From positions 1 to 64,000 of the IMG/VR virus record IMGVR_UViG_2974578479_000001: a stretch of DNA of 64,000 bases. One strand, given 5' to 3'. A program made the position numbers and the translations under genes. The stretch is from a virus. Taxonomy: Duplodnaviria > Heunggongvirae > Uroviricota > Caudoviricetes. Below, piece after piece: positions 63,523 to 64,000 of the stretch; the stretch's first letter is position 1, and every line of letters begins with the position of its first letter. The notes below the pieces were generated by a model that made no database searches, was not told where the DNA came from, and saw only the letters and a list, made by a program, of their open reading frames with translations.

Positions 63523-64000
63523 TATGTTCTTTAAGCAAAAATTTAAAATCTGCTATGATAATGGCAATTTCGTAGAAGTTGATGATTTATTAGGATATAT
63601 TGGTTACACTTACGGTGCAGCCGAAGCATTCTACCAAAGAATGAAATTCACTGTTAAAATTGATAAAAGTAGCTTCTGGTCATATTCTCATTCAAGTATG
63701 AATGATTTGGTTGAAACATTTTACTTATTCACTGAAAACAATATCATGATTTCTCCTGAATTGTTTAAAGGTGAGTACTTAAAATATCGTAATCTAGAAA
63801 CTCAAATTTGGCACAGAAATCGTTTATATTCAATGAAACAATGGCGTCATTTCAATTATCGTCGCAGTCATACGACTACCTATGATCGTCGTATGGAAAC
63901 TATCGCAGAACGCCGAGCTATTGCTGGTGTTGTGAAAGAAGAAGGTGAACCAGAATTTCGTGGTCGCCGCCGTTGTATTCCTAATCCGTGGGATGATATA
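63523..64000 (+). CDS. hypothetical protein, 3'-truncated by the window edge
   Basis: SD taaggaggacatatg; ORF runs off the end. Confidence 0.5.

Overview
This window looks like a fragment of a T4-like (Tevenvirinae/Straboviridae-type) bacteriophage genome, AT-rich at roughly 30-36% GC and transcribed almost entirely on the + strand. Four recognisable T4-like early enzymes place it: RNA ligase 1 (RnlA), polynucleotide kinase/phosphatase (PseT), gp30-type DNA ligase and dCMP deaminase (Cd); their order differs from T4 itself.

The window has three parts.

(1) ~1-20 kb is a hyperplastic early region. It holds about 45 small ORFan genes, most preceded by a reiterated promoter/leader cassette. One cassette is A-tract-AGTACTTGCA-N-GAGTACT-TATAAT, often followed by TATATCGAAAC and an SD of the TTAAGTGAGAGG type. 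A second kind is a stem-loop promoter in which the stem carries the TTGACA -35 (GGGGTTGAC-N4-GTCAGCCCC); these resemble the PeSL mobile regulatory cassettes reported in T4-type phages. There is also a conserved 30-nt leader element containing the palindrome ACCCTATAGGGT. Embedded in this region are a free-standing HNH endonuclease, an SPFH/band-7 protein and several higher-GC genes with enterobacterial-like codon usage.

(2) 20.0-26.1 kb is a translationally coupled tandem array of at least 11 diverged paralogous genes sharing a C-terminal (W/F)FQx(L/M)T motif. It is followed by further ORFans and a ~650-bp ORF-free hairpin-rich region.

(3) 31-63 kb holds an enzyme-rich block. It encodes a phage-type Dam methylase, an NMNAT-like HxGH nucleotidyltransferase, a SpoT/Mesh1-type HD small alarmone hydrolase and a CCA-adding-enzyme-like nucleotidyltransferase. 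It also carries RnlA, PseT, a PPP phosphatase, DNA ligase, a metallophosphoesterase, a ClpP-like serine protease and Cd. The only clear minus-strand gene is an Ig-like (BIG2) protein with a T4-late-like promoter. Next comes an NAD+ module: NatV (NMNAT-Nudix), NadV (nicotinamide phosphoribosyltransferase), a sirtuin lacking its zinc ribbon with a separate CxxC-x29-CxxC mini-protein immediately upstream, and a second Nudix protein. The block ends with PIN-PhoH and an MNT-type nucleotidyltransferase.

GTAC, and especially AGTACT, is strikingly over-represented across the whole window, in both coding and non-coding DNA. All functional calls rest on motif-level reading of the translations; no database searches were possible.
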